DNA of 64,000 bases from Dimorphilus gyrociliatus (GCA_904063045.1 CAJFCJ010000007.1:430819-494818); one strand, 5' to 3'; positions 27,758 to 40,982 are shown, counted from the stretch's first letter. Translations and numbers: made by a program. The notes: generated by a model from the sequence alone, not told the origin.

Positions 27758-29579
27758 TGCATTTCTAAAAGAGGAAGGAAGGATGGAAAAAAAATAGAAT
27801 TAAGAAACAAAATAAGACTTTCATATTACTGAATACTGTAATTTAATGAAATAAATGACGAATAGTTAAATAATTAGTATTCTAATTATTTTCTAATAAA
27901 ACTCTATAAGAGCGTTTTTATAAATGACAATTGATTTTTAGTCGAAATTTACTTGAATTATCGTTCTATAATAGAAGGCTAATATTTAGGGATTTGTTCT
28001 ACAAAATCGTAAAAGATTTTTGGATTAAATTAAAGAGACTTTTATTGTTAAGAAGGAAGTTACATCACTAGACTATTTAATCTTAGATTGTATTTCCTTT
28101 TTATAATATTAATCAACAGAATTTTATTAAGATCTTTTTTTTTTTTAGGGCAACGTCAGTTTAATAGACTTTCTAATTTTATTTTTACGACTTCTTTAAA
28201 CTAATACAATTATTTAATAAAAAAAAAACCAAAAAATATAGAAAGATATTCTTCTTTTTTTTTTCTCCCTCAATTATAAATGAATAGCAAGAGGCCAATT
28301 GATTTATACATTAATGCAACAAATATACCAACAAGACTTGAGAGTTCGTTATTGAATATTTTACAATGATCAACTTTGGTGAAATGATACGTTAAAGACG
28401 ACAAATCGTATATATATAGCACTTTCTGCCCTCCAAATAGAGATAATGCTCAAAATACAAATAAAAAAAATTGTTCCCATTGGCCAGTCTGGTGTATTTT
28501 TTACGTAGTTTAATGATTTTAACGCTATATAATCAATGTAACAATCGTCTACATTTGAAATAATTTATAGTTTCTCTAGATCGTATATTCGATTGAAAAT
28601 ACTCTATTTTATACTAGTTAAATTAATTCTATAAATGATAAGTGCGAAATTCGCTCGGTTCCTTACCTTTGTTGTATTAAAATCTTTATTTAAAAACAGA
28701 TATAACAAATAAAGTAAGTATTTTAGCTTGCAGACTAAAACTCTGTACAGCTTAAAACCAAATAAGGTTCAGAAAAATTAAAAGCAAGGATGTTTTAATT
28801 TAAAAACTTGTATATTTTCTTCATAGACTATCCACCATATTATGTTGTGGGTCTTACTAAATAGCGTAGGGTACTAGCTGTAATTCGATCGTTTCATACA
28901 ATAGGTTTTCGTTGAAAGAGATTATCATTTCAAAAGAATAAATAATCTATAGACTGTCTCATTAATCTCTTAATCAAAGCGACAGTAGAGAGAAATGTAC
29001 AAATTATTTATACAGCCAGAATTTGTCCAAGTTCACCAATCTTTCTATGGGAGATATTGATTACTAAATTTATGTTCTAAACTATAAATGCAATAAACTA
29101 TTCTCATTAGATGGATAGAATAACTCATTATAAATATATATTTATTATATTAAATATTGTGAATTTCTTGGAATATAATTAGCTCTTTCTTATCTTAGTT
29201 TTATGCTAAGTAGTTATAAATTATCATCAATAAAAAAATTTATATTAGAGATTAAAATTTAGGAAACGTTATATATTTATATATATTTATATATATATAT
29301 AATCTAAATATAATGTATACTTAGTTATCATAACTATATAGCTCTAATATTTTTTGTTATATAGAAATAATAATAAAACATCTGCTAAATTTTAAAAATA
29401 GGAAATTATTCTATTGAACTCTTAAATGTTTCCCTAAATGAAATTTAGTACAGCTGTCTTAAACTTTAGACACGGCACTCGATCGTTCGCTTTTTTTTTT
29501 AAGGAAAGTGCATCTAAAGAATTTGAAACTATTAACTGAACTTAATGGTTAGATAACGTTATCTTTCCTTTTCTATATG

Positions 29580-29615
<36 letters not shown>

Positions 29616-30030
29616 AATATTATGTAAAATAATGAAAATAATAGATTACTTAGAATAAGAATTCTCGCTTTCTCTAACTGTAAATCATTATACTGTATAT
29701 ATATATATTTCACTTTTGAAGGTGTTTTCAAGGTAACGGTGACCTTTTATCTTAGACTACTTCCACCAAAATCATTACAGTATCAATATCTGCTTCATCA
29801 TTCGAAATGGTATTCATTTTTTTCTTCTTACGAATACATTTACCCTTTGATGAAAAACTGAAGAAACAAATTTCTTGTCTCTCTCTCTCTATGATCTTTC
29901 TTTATTTGTGTGATTATTATATAACATATTTTTCAAAACCATTTACTATGTACAGTTCACAGTTTATTTAAGTTCATTGTTTAATTTTAATTGGGAAAAC
30001 AATAGAAAAGAATTGTCTGTCTGTGTATAT

Positions 30031-30067
30031 GAGTGTGTGTGTGTGTGTGTCTCTCTCTCTCTCTCTC
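30031..30067. repeat. (TG)n(TC)n compound microsatellite
   Basis: Directly visible. Confidence 0.85.
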
Positions 30068-31939
30068 CACTTGTCTATCATATCAGAACTAAAATTTATA
30101 GTTATGATTGTTTTTATTATTGTTAAAATACAACACATTTATCACTAGAGACGAAGAATTTTTAAAATATATATAAATCAAATTTCTTATTACAATCAAT
30201 GAATACAGAATGTATACTAGACATATATATAGTACATTGCATATTACTCGTTTCTACATATTTTATTATTTAATTTCATAAGAATTACACGTGTAAATGT
30301 GATATTTTAGTAAAGCATAGCTACTTTTATCTTAATTAAGTCAATTTTGATTAAATAATATACGTAGATCAGATTTTAAACTATGCTTATAAGTCGTAAG
30401 TTATAAACTAGAGCAATCTTAAGGGACGATAGACGAGCAACTTTGTACCTTTGGTAGACGTATATATATATACAGCATATACAGCTTATGATTAGAAAGC
30501 AAAGTACGAGAGATAGATAAAAATAAAGAGAAAGATAGACTTGAAGACCTTTTATACACTTGAAAATTCTTTAGGGATCGATTGGTAAAATTTTTTTCTA
30601 CTCTCTAGTTTTTTCCTAATCTAAAGTCAACTCTTATAAGTCTTCTATTTGCTATATGGTTCTCGACTATTTTTTTTCTAACTGATTAGAACTAAGTATT
30701 AGATCAATAAATAAAATGTTATATATTAAAAGGTCGTTATCGCCAAGACATAACGACTGTTTAAAGATAAAGAATAACAAAAGAAGTAACTTGTAAAACA
30801 AAGAGAGAAAGAAAAAAACAAAAGAATCCAAAGTACATCCTCGTTTTGCTTTTCATAAAAAAATATCGTCCTCCTTTCCCTTCTCGTAGCTCTCTTTATA
30901 TAAATAATTTAGGTCATGTTTTAGACCTATTGAGCACTTTTATGAATTTATAAATTCAGCAAACTGTTATTTTTTTTCTCTCTCTTGTCAACAAAATTTA
31001 ATTGGATGTGTTGTTCAATAAGTAATTAACTATAAATTAACTCATAATTGATATATTATAAATAAACTAATAACAATGTTGACATATATAAATATATACT
31101 AATAATTTATATATATAATACAGTATATTCTGTATTGTTTTCTTTTATCATAACCAACTGTTGACATCTTAATCTATACATCTTCTGTACAGCACTCTAT
31201 ACGTCTATCTCAGTTCCCCTCCCCCTTCTCTCTGTCTCTGTCTCTTTATTCTCTCCAATAAAGGATTGGTTAACATCTAAACCAGAGTAATTTTATCCAT
31301 AAACAGCTGCTATTTTTTTTCTATTTTTTATTCTATTTATTCTTTACTTAAATGGCAGATGCGGTATTTTTTAAAAACAAGTACATCCTGAGAATTTTAT
31401 CAAAATTGTATTCACATAAAAGGTTTAACTTAAGCATATTTCTTTTTATAATCTCATTTAGAGACAAACTATCCACATGTAAATAGACAATTATATACGC
31501 TAAGTTACAAGGACATATACATAATGAGCAAATGTTTTATACTTAACTCACCAAGGATTTATATTTCGAAGAAAATGCTTTAAAAAATGAAAATATTTCA
31601 AAGAACTAAGATTATAACTGTACACATTATATATATATATATATATTAATCTATATAGGGAAGGTTCTACTTTAATACATGTACTTGTATTAGTACCTCT
31701 TTTAATATGCAGTATATATACACAGTACATGTAATAACTATTGATACATCATTCATCATTGTACTATTGTATGTAGATTTCTACATTACTTCTAGATATC
31801 ATTTAGCATCCTTAACAAACGTTTATTAACTTAAAAACCGCTGCTATCAATATGTTACAAATAATAAATGTAATGTTTTCTTTTTTTTTTAAATAACGAT
31901 AACGAAACGCAATTTAGAAATGGTTCATAGGCTTTTAGA

Positions 31940-31957
31940 AGAGAGAGCGAGAAAGAG

Positions 31958-31995
<38 letters not shown>
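31940..31995. repeat. (GA)n-(GATA)n microsatellite
   Basis: About 9 GATA units visible. Confidence 0.9.
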
Positions 31996-33219
31996 TGGTA
32001 GGAGAGTCTGTGTTGTTATTTTTTCGTATATATATATATATATTGTATAGATTTTATACTAACTCCTAGTCTAGTTCCATAGAATAATGTATGTTTTTTT
32101 GTTGTATACCATTATACATATACTAATGATAATAATAATGATCTATAGATTATGGATTTTTTATTAATTTTTTTAAAGAAAAACAAGAAAAATATTAGTT
32201 GATCAGATTGAAAGTTGAACATACTGTATATCATACTATTGTTTCTTCTATTTCCCATAGTATCTAGTTTATAATAATCTTTTTTTTTTATTTAAATGTT
32301 TATCAAAAATAGGCCAAATTATTATGGTTATTTTTAAAGCTTTCCTTTCATTTATAGTTTCCTTTTTGGTTCAGTGATATTCCACTTTTTTAAGGTTTCC
32401 TTAATTAATAATCTATCAAGATTTTTTTTTTCTTTTTTTTTTATTTGCCAATATTCCAAGAGATAAGTAGGACTAATAGCGCATCTCGTAAAAGATTCAC
32501 TATATTATGTCTGGTTTGTTTAAGTTTCAAAGACATACGCTATATTAAATAGACTAAGAAGAAAAAGAAGTTATTTTATTTTCTTTCTCAAGGTTACGAC
32601 ATACTATCCTTCTTTAATAGTCTATTAATAGTGTATTGGGGTAACTGAAATCAATATATGGCCAAGAGTTAGTACTTGTTGAAAAATCCATATAGAGAGT
32701 TAAAAGAAAGGTAAAAATTTCCTCATAGTTTTACAGGCAATGAGTCATTCTCCTTTGGCTTAAAAGAGAAAAAGGTTAAATTATAAAAAGAGGAAAGAGA
32801 AAATATCAGATAATCACGAAAGAGGAATTGATTTTTTTTTTATCTTCCGTTACATTTTTTTTTCACTTCGGAATGTTCTTACCATAATTGTAAATAAACA
32901 TTGAAGAAATTTTATATAGATGTTATCCTACGTCACACTTTGTAACAAACAAGCAAGAAGGAGAAAAGAACAATGGAAAATAAGAGATTCCAAGTAAAAA
33001 AGAGAGTGTTATTTGAATAATTATTTATATCTAGTATATATTAATATATACATATATATATATATGTGTGTATAAGGCCAAAAATCATATTACAATAGAT
33101 TGTATGCAGTGGAGAGAAACTTAAGAGATATGTAATTTCCTTTAATTAATTCTTATTAAAATGTCATTGTCTAAATATAGACTTTATAGTTAATAGAAAG
33201 TAAGATAATTGCAGTAGTA

Positions 33220-33253
<34 letters not shown>

Positions 33254-33550
33254 GGGGGGGGAAAGGAGGGGGAGAAAAGACATAAGAGCAATTAGAAACA
33301 AATTTATATTTAATGCTTATCTTGAAATCAAAAAAAGACAGATGTCATAGATAGGAAAATCCTCTTTAGTAATAATAGACGGATAGAAATGGATATTAAT
33401 TACACTAAACTATGATGACAATCGATTGTAAATTAATCAATTTAAAACTTCTCTTTTTCTTATAAAGATTTTCCTCCTTCACTTATTTTTCTTCTATATC
33501 CCATTAAATGATTTCTTTATCTTTATTCGTGAACGTTCAACAAAGAAAGA

Positions 33551-33551
33551 A

Positions 33552-33602
<51 letters not shown>

Positions 33603-33606
33603 GAGA
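33551..33606. repeat. (GA)n microsatellite
   Basis: Directly visible; produces the spurious SLSLSL ORF. Confidence 0.9.
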
Positions 33607-34095
33607 GGGGAGAAAATAGGAAATAAGGTTGGAAACCTATTAAACATGCACAAATATTAGTACAATTGCATTTTGATAAGTAATATAAGAAAATATAATG
33701 CAAACGCTCTATAACGTTCTAATAATTAGCCTGTGATAGTTAGTTAAAATATTTGTAATAGTATATTCTGTATAGTTTGCATTGATTTCGCTTTTTTTGT
33801 TCATTTTACGATCATTATAAATCTATTTGGCGAATTGAAACAATAATTGTTTTATAAATAGGAATAACGTATCGAATAACCATCGATATTAGAACGAAAT
33901 GAATCAGTTGTAAGTTAGCTAACGGGGATTATTTAGTTTATAAACTTTTATAGTTGATAAGCCATTTTTGCCTGTAAAATTATTTTATATATTGACTAAG
34001 TCGTTGAGTGCGTTAGATAAGAGGAGCTTTAGGTAGAAATTTCTTTTTGCTATATAACTTGGAGTGAACATTTCGACTGGTAGATTTAGAATATT

Positions 34096-35049
34096 ATGTC
34101 TTTAATTGATATAGATAAAGAGGAATATATTTGTTCTCTGGACGAGAAGAGTATTGAAAAGGCCAGAAAAGAGTTGAATGAAAATCCCAAGGATCGATTA
34201 AGCTCTTTGACGACTTTTAGGAAATGGATTGAAGAACAGAAGTATTTGCGATGCGATACATCCGCTCACTTCCTACTTCCTTTTCTTCGTACGGCTAAAT
34301 TTAGTCAACTAAAAGCAAGGTCTATGCTTGAAGGTTATTTGACAGTTCTCTCTAAACATCCGGAGAGATTCGGCAACATTGATGTCAAAGATGAAAGATT
34401 TATGAATACATTAAATCAAGGCGATATTTTACCATTGCCAAGATATGATAAACATGGACGTAAGGTAGTTTTACATATCGTAAGAAATTTGAATACAAAA
34501 GGAGAGGTTTCATCTGTTGACCTTCTCCGTAAGTGGTGGGCTCAAGCCCTTCTACTAAGGTTTGACGAAAGAGTTCAAGTGAATGGTATTGCAATACTCC
34601 TTGATTGTTCAGGATATAATTTAAAACATTTTGAGGTATTAAGTCTCGAAGAGAGAAAACAAATGCAGGCTTTATGGCAGGGGAATATGCCTACTAGATT
34701 TAAACAATTCATAATGTACAATATAGGAGGAATGTTCAAAGTTATTTTTCAGATGGTTAAACCATTCATTTCCAAAAAATTTCAACAAAGAACTAAGGTT
34801 GTTAATAGTCTGGAAGAGATTTATAAGGAAATTCCTTTGGAAAATTTACCGGAAGAATACTTACCGGACGACTACGTCGGAAAAGGAGCGGGAAAATTGG
34901 CAGATTTAATGGAAGATCATAAACTCGATTTGTTAAAGAATAGAGATAGAATATTACACGCTACCGATCCTTCGAAGTATTTTTACGATATTAATATGAA
35001 AGATAAGAGCGTTATTCAGCAATCGTACAGAAAGATTTCAACCGAATGA
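34096..35049 (+). CDS. CRAL-TRIO/Sec14 lipid-binding protein (clavesin/RLBP1/alpha-TTP-like), single coding exon
   Basis: CRAL-TRIO N-terminal helix (ARKELNENPKDR...FLLPFLRTAKFS), LPRYDKHGRKV, VQVNGIAILLDCSG, MPTRFKQF, VKPFISKK, LPEEYLP. Confidence 0.92.
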   Translation: MSLIDIDKEEYICSLDEKSIEKARKELNENPKDRLSSLTTFRKWIEEQKYLRCDTSAHFLLPFLRTAKFSQLKARSMLEGYLTVLSKHPERFGNIDVKDERFMNTLNQGDILPLPRYDKHGRKVVLHIVRNLNTKGEVSSVDLLRKWWAQALLLRFDERVQVNGIAILLDCSGYNLKHFEVLSLEERKQMQALWQGNMPTRFKQFIMYNIGGMFKVIFQMVKPFISKKFQQRTKVVNSLEEIYKEIPLENLPEEYLPDDYVGKGAGKLADLMEDHKLDLLKNRDRILHATDPSKYFYDINMKDKSVIQQSYRKISTE

Positions 35050-36053
35050 CTTTTTTCTTTTTTTTTTGCTGCCATCTGCAGGACAATGAATGATCTGAAA
35101 TAAAAACATTTAAACAATACAACTGTGTCGAATGTAAATAGGTAAAAATCTGAATAAAATCTGTAACTGCTTTATTTTTTTACTGATAAAATATACGATA
35201 GCAAAATTCGGCATTGACCTTTCAATTAAAATCTTTTGTTTCCAAGTGATTACATAATTCGCCAACTGATAATCGTCCTCGTAAACAAGCTATGGAAGAA
35301 GCATCCGCGGCCGTTCTACTTGGTTATCGACTTACATTTGGGAGCTCGTTCCGCTCAACTAAGCGTCTAATTCTTTCACCAAGCTTTCATCTTCTAAAAC
35401 GCAATGTTTATTCTTTTTTTCGAACAGAATAGATGGCGCCCGAATAAAAATTTGTCGAAAAAAAAAAGGCCTATTAGACTAGTTCGGTGGAAACCTAGCA
35501 GTTTACAAACAAACACTGCTGTACTTCGCAAGAAGCGTAGATTGTTATACAAATACAGTCTTTTCGAGCGTAGCTTATTCTGTCTTCCCCCCGCAACTCA
35601 CTCCTTGCAATACTTTATGTTGAATTAAAAAAAAGAAATCGTTTTTATCAAAAAGTCCAACAAAACTTTTATCTCAAGTAAAAGTTTTATCGAATGTGCC
35701 TGCACAATTTGTTCTAAATTTAGAACGTGTTTAGAGAACGAGTTCTACTTCATGTGTTCTAATTGGTTAATAAAGGGACAATTTTTATACATATACTTTA
35801 TTACTTAAAGGGATGCAATATCTCTTAATCTTCTCTTTTCTTTCTACTCTTTTACTACAAAAAATTAATTATTACATATTCATGTATTTATTAATAATCT
35901 TGGTTATTAATATTTCTCAATTTCTAATATCGGTTTATTGATAAAAACTGTATAACAAAATTGCAGGATAAAAATGTCTTCTTTTTGAGCCACACTTATT
36001 TCTCTTCTTTTGTTTCTTCTTTTCAAGGAAAAAAATAAGATAAACACAGAGAT

Positions 36054-36054
<1 letters not shown>

Positions 36055-36090
<36 letters not shown>
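36055..36090. repeat. (GA)n microsatellite just downstream of the Tob stop
   Basis: Directly visible. Confidence 0.9.
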
Positions 36091-36092
<2 letters not shown>

Positions 36093-36113
36093 TAAAGAAT
36101 GGAACAAAATTAA

Positions 36114-36704
36114 TCAGGATGGTGTTGCTAATTGGAGAGGAGAATTTTGCCAATCATATCTCGGTCCTCTCGAATTTTTCATTGCTTGTTGTCGTACATA
36201 GGCCGAAAGCTCATCCGCTGTTAGTCGTGAAGCTTTTTCTGCTTTCAGCTTTGTTGAACCGAATTTTGTACGTGCGAACATATTGGCCGTCATTTGTTGA
36301 TGTTGTTGATATTGTACCACCTCCGGTGGTGCGGGTAAGCTATTCTGCTTGAGTGAAAATTGCATGGGTTCACTATAAATGACTGTTAAAGGTGCTCCGG
36401 CTGATTGGTAAGATACTTCTCCAGGATCTACCCATATATCCAAATCAGGAGGAAAGCATGACAACACCTCTTGAATTGCCAGTCCGGATTCGGTTGCTGA
36501 ATTGACTATACTGGGTTCAGTTCTTGTTCTAATACACCTGTAGGCGGATCCTTTAAAAGGCCTATCTGGATACCAATGTTGAGAAAATTTCACTGTCAAA
36601 TGCCTAGCCAGTTGCTGTCCGAACATATCTACACGTCTCCTAGGTAAATTATTATAAAGGTAAGAGACGATAAAATCGACAGCCTCTTTCAATTCGATGT
36701 GCAT
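36114..36704 (-). CDS. TOB: Tob (BTG/Tob antiproliferative family, CAF1 partner)
   Basis: MHIELKEAVDFIVSYLYNNLPRRRVDMFG, box A (HWYPDRPFKGSAYRCI), box B (PPDLDIWVDPGEVSY) and the Tob-specific TKFGSTKLK motif. The probable start is the Met at 36704. Confidence 0.93.
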   Translation of the reverse strand: MHIELKEAVDFIVSYLYNNLPRRRVDMFGQQLARHLTVKFSQHWYPDRPFKGSAYRCIRTRTEPSIVNSATESGLAIQEVLSCFPPDLDIWVDPGEVSYQSAGAPLTVIYSEPMQFSLKQNSLPAPPEVVQYQQHQQMTANMFARTKFGSTKLKAEKASRLTADELSAYVRQQAMKNSRGPRYDWQNSPLQLATPS

Positions 36705-37201
36705 CTCTCCTTCAGTCTGCTCTGATCGAATGTCCATATGCTACTGCGAAACAGCTGATCGTTTCATATTAATACGCCGAACTTTTTATTGGCTATTTAA
36801 AGTTGTCGAAAAAGTACTTGTCCAAACCACTTACAAACTATACTATTGACGATTATAATGATTTAGTCGATACCTACTAATCGAATTCAATACTTATAAA
36901 CTGCAAATAAGTGGAACTATTTTCTTTCCTATAGGCCTGCATTAATCGAATCTGCTACTGGATCGGCTTTTTCTCTAGGCGATTAACGTAGAACATATAG
37001 GCTTATCGCGTTTTATTTTCTTTCCAAGTTCAGCTCTCCTTTATTTTTTAAATAGTTTTAGCCTATAAAATACGCACTGCCTATACGAACCAGAATTCTC
37101 TTCTCTAACAAGCTTAAAAAGAGAGTCAACAGAATATCAGAAGGGAAAGTAGAAACTACTAGGAATAGAACGCTAACGAAAGCGGGGGGCGTCGGTGGAA
37201 C

Positions 37202-37209
37202 TGACGTCA
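37202..37209. promoter_or_regulatory. Perfect CRE palindrome TGACGTCA next to a GC box upstream of Tob
   Basis: TGACGTCA at 37202-37209 and GCGGGGGGCG at 37182-37191, ~500 bp upstream of the Tob ATG. Confidence 0.45.
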
Positions 37210-37352
37210 TTCAGTAGTAAAAATAGGATTAGACCTCAGAAGGCCTACGTAGCTATTTTCGACGCTATTTTTAAACATCGTCCCGTATCGGACATTTAAA
37301 GTAACCTTGACTATTAATGAATTGAAAACAGTTAGTATTTATTGAATAAACG

Positions 37353-40300
37353 CTAGGTGTCTCTCCATTCTGAAATTATATCTGTACAGTAATCAACATT
37401 TCGCTCACAACCATCAGTCTTTATCGGATAGCAGTGTTCGAAAATGTCTTCCGGTTCCGTTATTACCCGCTGTTTCAAGTGTTCCAATAGCTTTAACGAA
37501 TCTTCATAAAAATTCTTTAGCGAATTTTTCCATTGCGTAGGCGTTTTGCAATCTCTTAGAACGTATTCTACAGGGAGTAAAACAAAAGTAGAAAATAGAC
37601 AAACGATAAGACATGAGAAGAACACTGTTATCATTTTCATTTCATAGTTATTAACAATATTATTATTATATTCCTCCTTCTTGCATCTATCATCACCAGT
37701 TGTTTCCTTTAGGTATCGATTCCATCGTTTCACACTTGAATACTCGTACATTTCAGATGTATTAAGGATTTCCTCTAATTCATTCGACATTTTTAAATCT
37801 TTCCTTGCTGCTATTCCAAACTCAATATATTCCTCTTCTATGGGATCTACCGGTATCAGTTGTAGATTACATGGCCTTTTACTTACTTCGTATTTTAAAT
37901 AGTCTTCCAAATAAACAAATAAAACTTGCTGATTCGGCGGTTTTCCGAAAGAATTTCTAACTCTTTCTATTCCATCATTTATCGATTTCACCACTGTCTC
38001 GTTAAAATCCGTATAGACCGATGTAATCTTTTCGTGCATAAAAAACGAAACCTGCCTCATAGTTTTGTTGCGTAACTTAAACGATTTAAGAACTTCCATA
38101 GCAAACGGTTCGTATATAACTACGTTCGCTCCGCTGGAAAGTAAATTTTTAAAGTTTGTTTTGCCTAATCGAAAATTCCTTTGAAAAATCTCTGAGCATA
38201 TAATCCCGGTACTATGAATGACAAGAACAAAGGCTATAGCCCACCATACGGCTACGACAAGCCTTGGTAATGTTTTTAGGGAGTGCACATGACGTAAACC
38301 TGATTTTTGCAATGGGGAGCTCATTATCGTCCAAACAACATTGGTCGATGAACCCTCAACTCCCGTCCAAAATTTAAGAAGAATCGAACTGAGTAAGCCA
38401 ATTAGAATGTAACAACACCAAGTGCCTGGTGTGTGAGAAGACCAAAATGTCTCAAAGACACTCTTAACTGGCTGTAAACGAGGTCCAATGACTGCTAATT
38501 TGATTTTATAACTGAATATAAAGCGTGAGTATTTCTCATAGTCGGGTGATTTCATCAATAATCCGGCAGTTACATCAGCTTTCTAATAGATTTAGAGATA
38601 TTTTAAAAAGAAATTAAACTGTCTATTAATACGTACACTGTCTATAAGATTATTAATTAAACAGTCAGATGATTTCGTTTTGTTAGTTTCACAGTTCACG
38701 GCATTTATAAATCTATATTATGATTATATCATCCTAGTTTTACTATCGAAAAATAAAATAATTAAATTTATTTACGTAAAATTAATGCCCATTTTAACTT
38801 TCAATTTCCATAATAAGTCGAAAGTATGACCTGAAATAGGGTAAACGTCCGCTAAATTCGAATAATAATCTCTTGTTGGTCGAGTAGTATTCAATTCATA
38901 TTTCTATATTTAATAATCATTATCAAATGATATCAATAAATAATAATATATATTTTGAACTAGAAATTGAAATCTTAAACCTAATCCCTACCCTGTCTAA
39001 GACAACCAATAGCCTTACGCCGTAGAATGGATTAATATTTGACGATTGAATTGCAATCGACTTTAATGAACAATTATTTTCATCACCTAAGCAGTTAATG
39101 TCTGCTAATTTCTCTGCCTGAATTATTGAATAATTACTAGCATTAATCAAACATTCCTGCTAACGGCTTAAACAAACTTTGCAGAACGGTTGGTCGGCAG
39201 AGCAAGCTTCAGTTCTATATATTATTACGAGTCTATTGGCTAGGGGCAAATTCTGTAAGATGAAAGATATAAAAAATATCCTATAGAACAAGTTATTATA
39301 AAAAAAGATTTGTTTTTTTCTTGCCTCTGGAAGGGTTTTGTCCAGATCCGATTGTGCTTCGCATTTTAATCGATATCTATCGTAATTACAGTAATAATTA
39401 AGGCATTTATCGCAATCTGCATAACCACAGCTCCTCCACGGTAAGGAAATGTTATTCCGTCTAGCCACTAGATTGATCGACTTATAAACGACGTTTAAGC
39501 TATTTTCTAAAATGTTTTCAGTACTATTTTTTGTTAAAAGAACTACGCTATTAGACAAGTTTTTTGAAATAGCCACCGTTTTCGGATATAATGATTTGGA
39601 CTGTTTGTATGATATGGTTATTTCCTTTTAGCTGCTTATTAATTTATTTAAACTAACGAAAAAAGTTGATTGGAATTCTGAAATAATCCAAATAAAATTC
39701 CTTTTAACGTTATAGCAATTTGATTTAGAGGTTTCCACTAAAAGTTGATCAAAATAGGCCGTATTACCAAAAACTATACCGACTCTTGTCGACGAATGCT
39801 GTGCAGTAATAGACACAAAAAAGTAATTTTAAGAAAAAAGTATAGTAACTGATAAAACGAAAGAGATTGATTTGGAAAGGCCTATATTCACTTCTAAATC
39901 CGATAGCATGCGACGAATGCTTTTTCCGTTGGAAGCTGTATAAATGAGAGGGAAGCAGCTATTGCAAATCTCTTGCAATTTTTTTACGTAAGAGGACAAT
40001 CTGTTATGAAGATCTTTGAAAGTCGCACATATAAAACAGATAATAAAACATTAATTTCTATGTATTCTCACTTGAATCCTCATAATAACTCCATTGCGCA
40101 ATTAAGGCTACTCGCTTCCATCCGTTATGATTTACGATTCTTATAATAGTATTGTCCCAATTCGTTAAGCTCTCGGCCTTCTTATTTTCTCCTCCAATCG
40201 TCTGGAAAATACTTCAATAACCGTATAATTTATTAACTACGCTTGAGATTGCATAAGGCTATAAAATTTTCTAACCTACTGCTTATTAAATAATCCAATT

Positions 40301-40724
40301 TTTCATTGACGCTCAATAATTTTACGCCTGCTAAAAGAGCCAAAGGCAATACGCCCTGAAACACGTCATTTTCGATACCATAGATGATAATAACGCTAAC
40401 GTTTTTGTGTAGTGACAAGCAAATAGTTTCGAAAAGAGAACCTCAGTGAACGACAAAAAATATATTAATAATTATAAATCTCTTAGGACTTCGTTAAAGC
40501 CCTATCTTACTATCATCATTAATTGTGTAAACATTTGGTAAATCAGAGACATTCCCAATACTCTTATAGTTGCCTTTATATATTAAATCTAAATGTAACA
40601 AAAGAAAATATTGGTTTTTCACTATGATAAAACACTTACGAACATATTCCTTTATAGAATTTCTACTAAAAGCATAATTACTATACAGAGAGGACAAAAA
40701 GACTAAAGTATGAAGTAAAATCAT
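37353..40724 (-). CDS. Divergent ionotropic receptor / iGluR-fold membrane protein
   Basis: Signal peptide (MILLHTLVFLSSLYSNYAFS), several N-terminal exons, then a large last exon 37353-38582: S1 end (ADVTAGLLMKSPDYEKYSRF), M1 (TWCCYILIGLLSSILL), pore loop (NVVWTIMSSPLQKSG), M3 (RLVVAVWWAIAFVLVIHSTG), S2 (EFGIAARKD) and M4. The order matches iGluR topology. N-terminal exon boundaries are approximate. Confidence 0.75.
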
Positions 40725-40982
40725 GTTTTGAAAAACATTGCGTACCGAGCAACGTAGCGATCAGACACGCAACAACAAAAAATATCATCTTAACGACACA
40801 ATTGACAATATAAACATTAAAAGCTTTCTTTAAATAAAAAAATTTCTGATTACGAAACAAAACAACAAACGTAGAGTAACTAACTTTGATTCTTTGATTT
40901 TCTCTTCAAAGTTTCAAAAGAGGCAGTTAACCCACGTTTCTTTTTTCTATTGCAACAAAACTTAATAGTTATTCAGTAATCA

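Noticed and set aside
29755-29830. Minus-strand ATGATGA box C-like motif / 21-codon ORF in the gene-free interval
   Set aside because: No CTGA box D at a suitable distance and no rRNA-complementary guide noticed; the ORF is too short to support.
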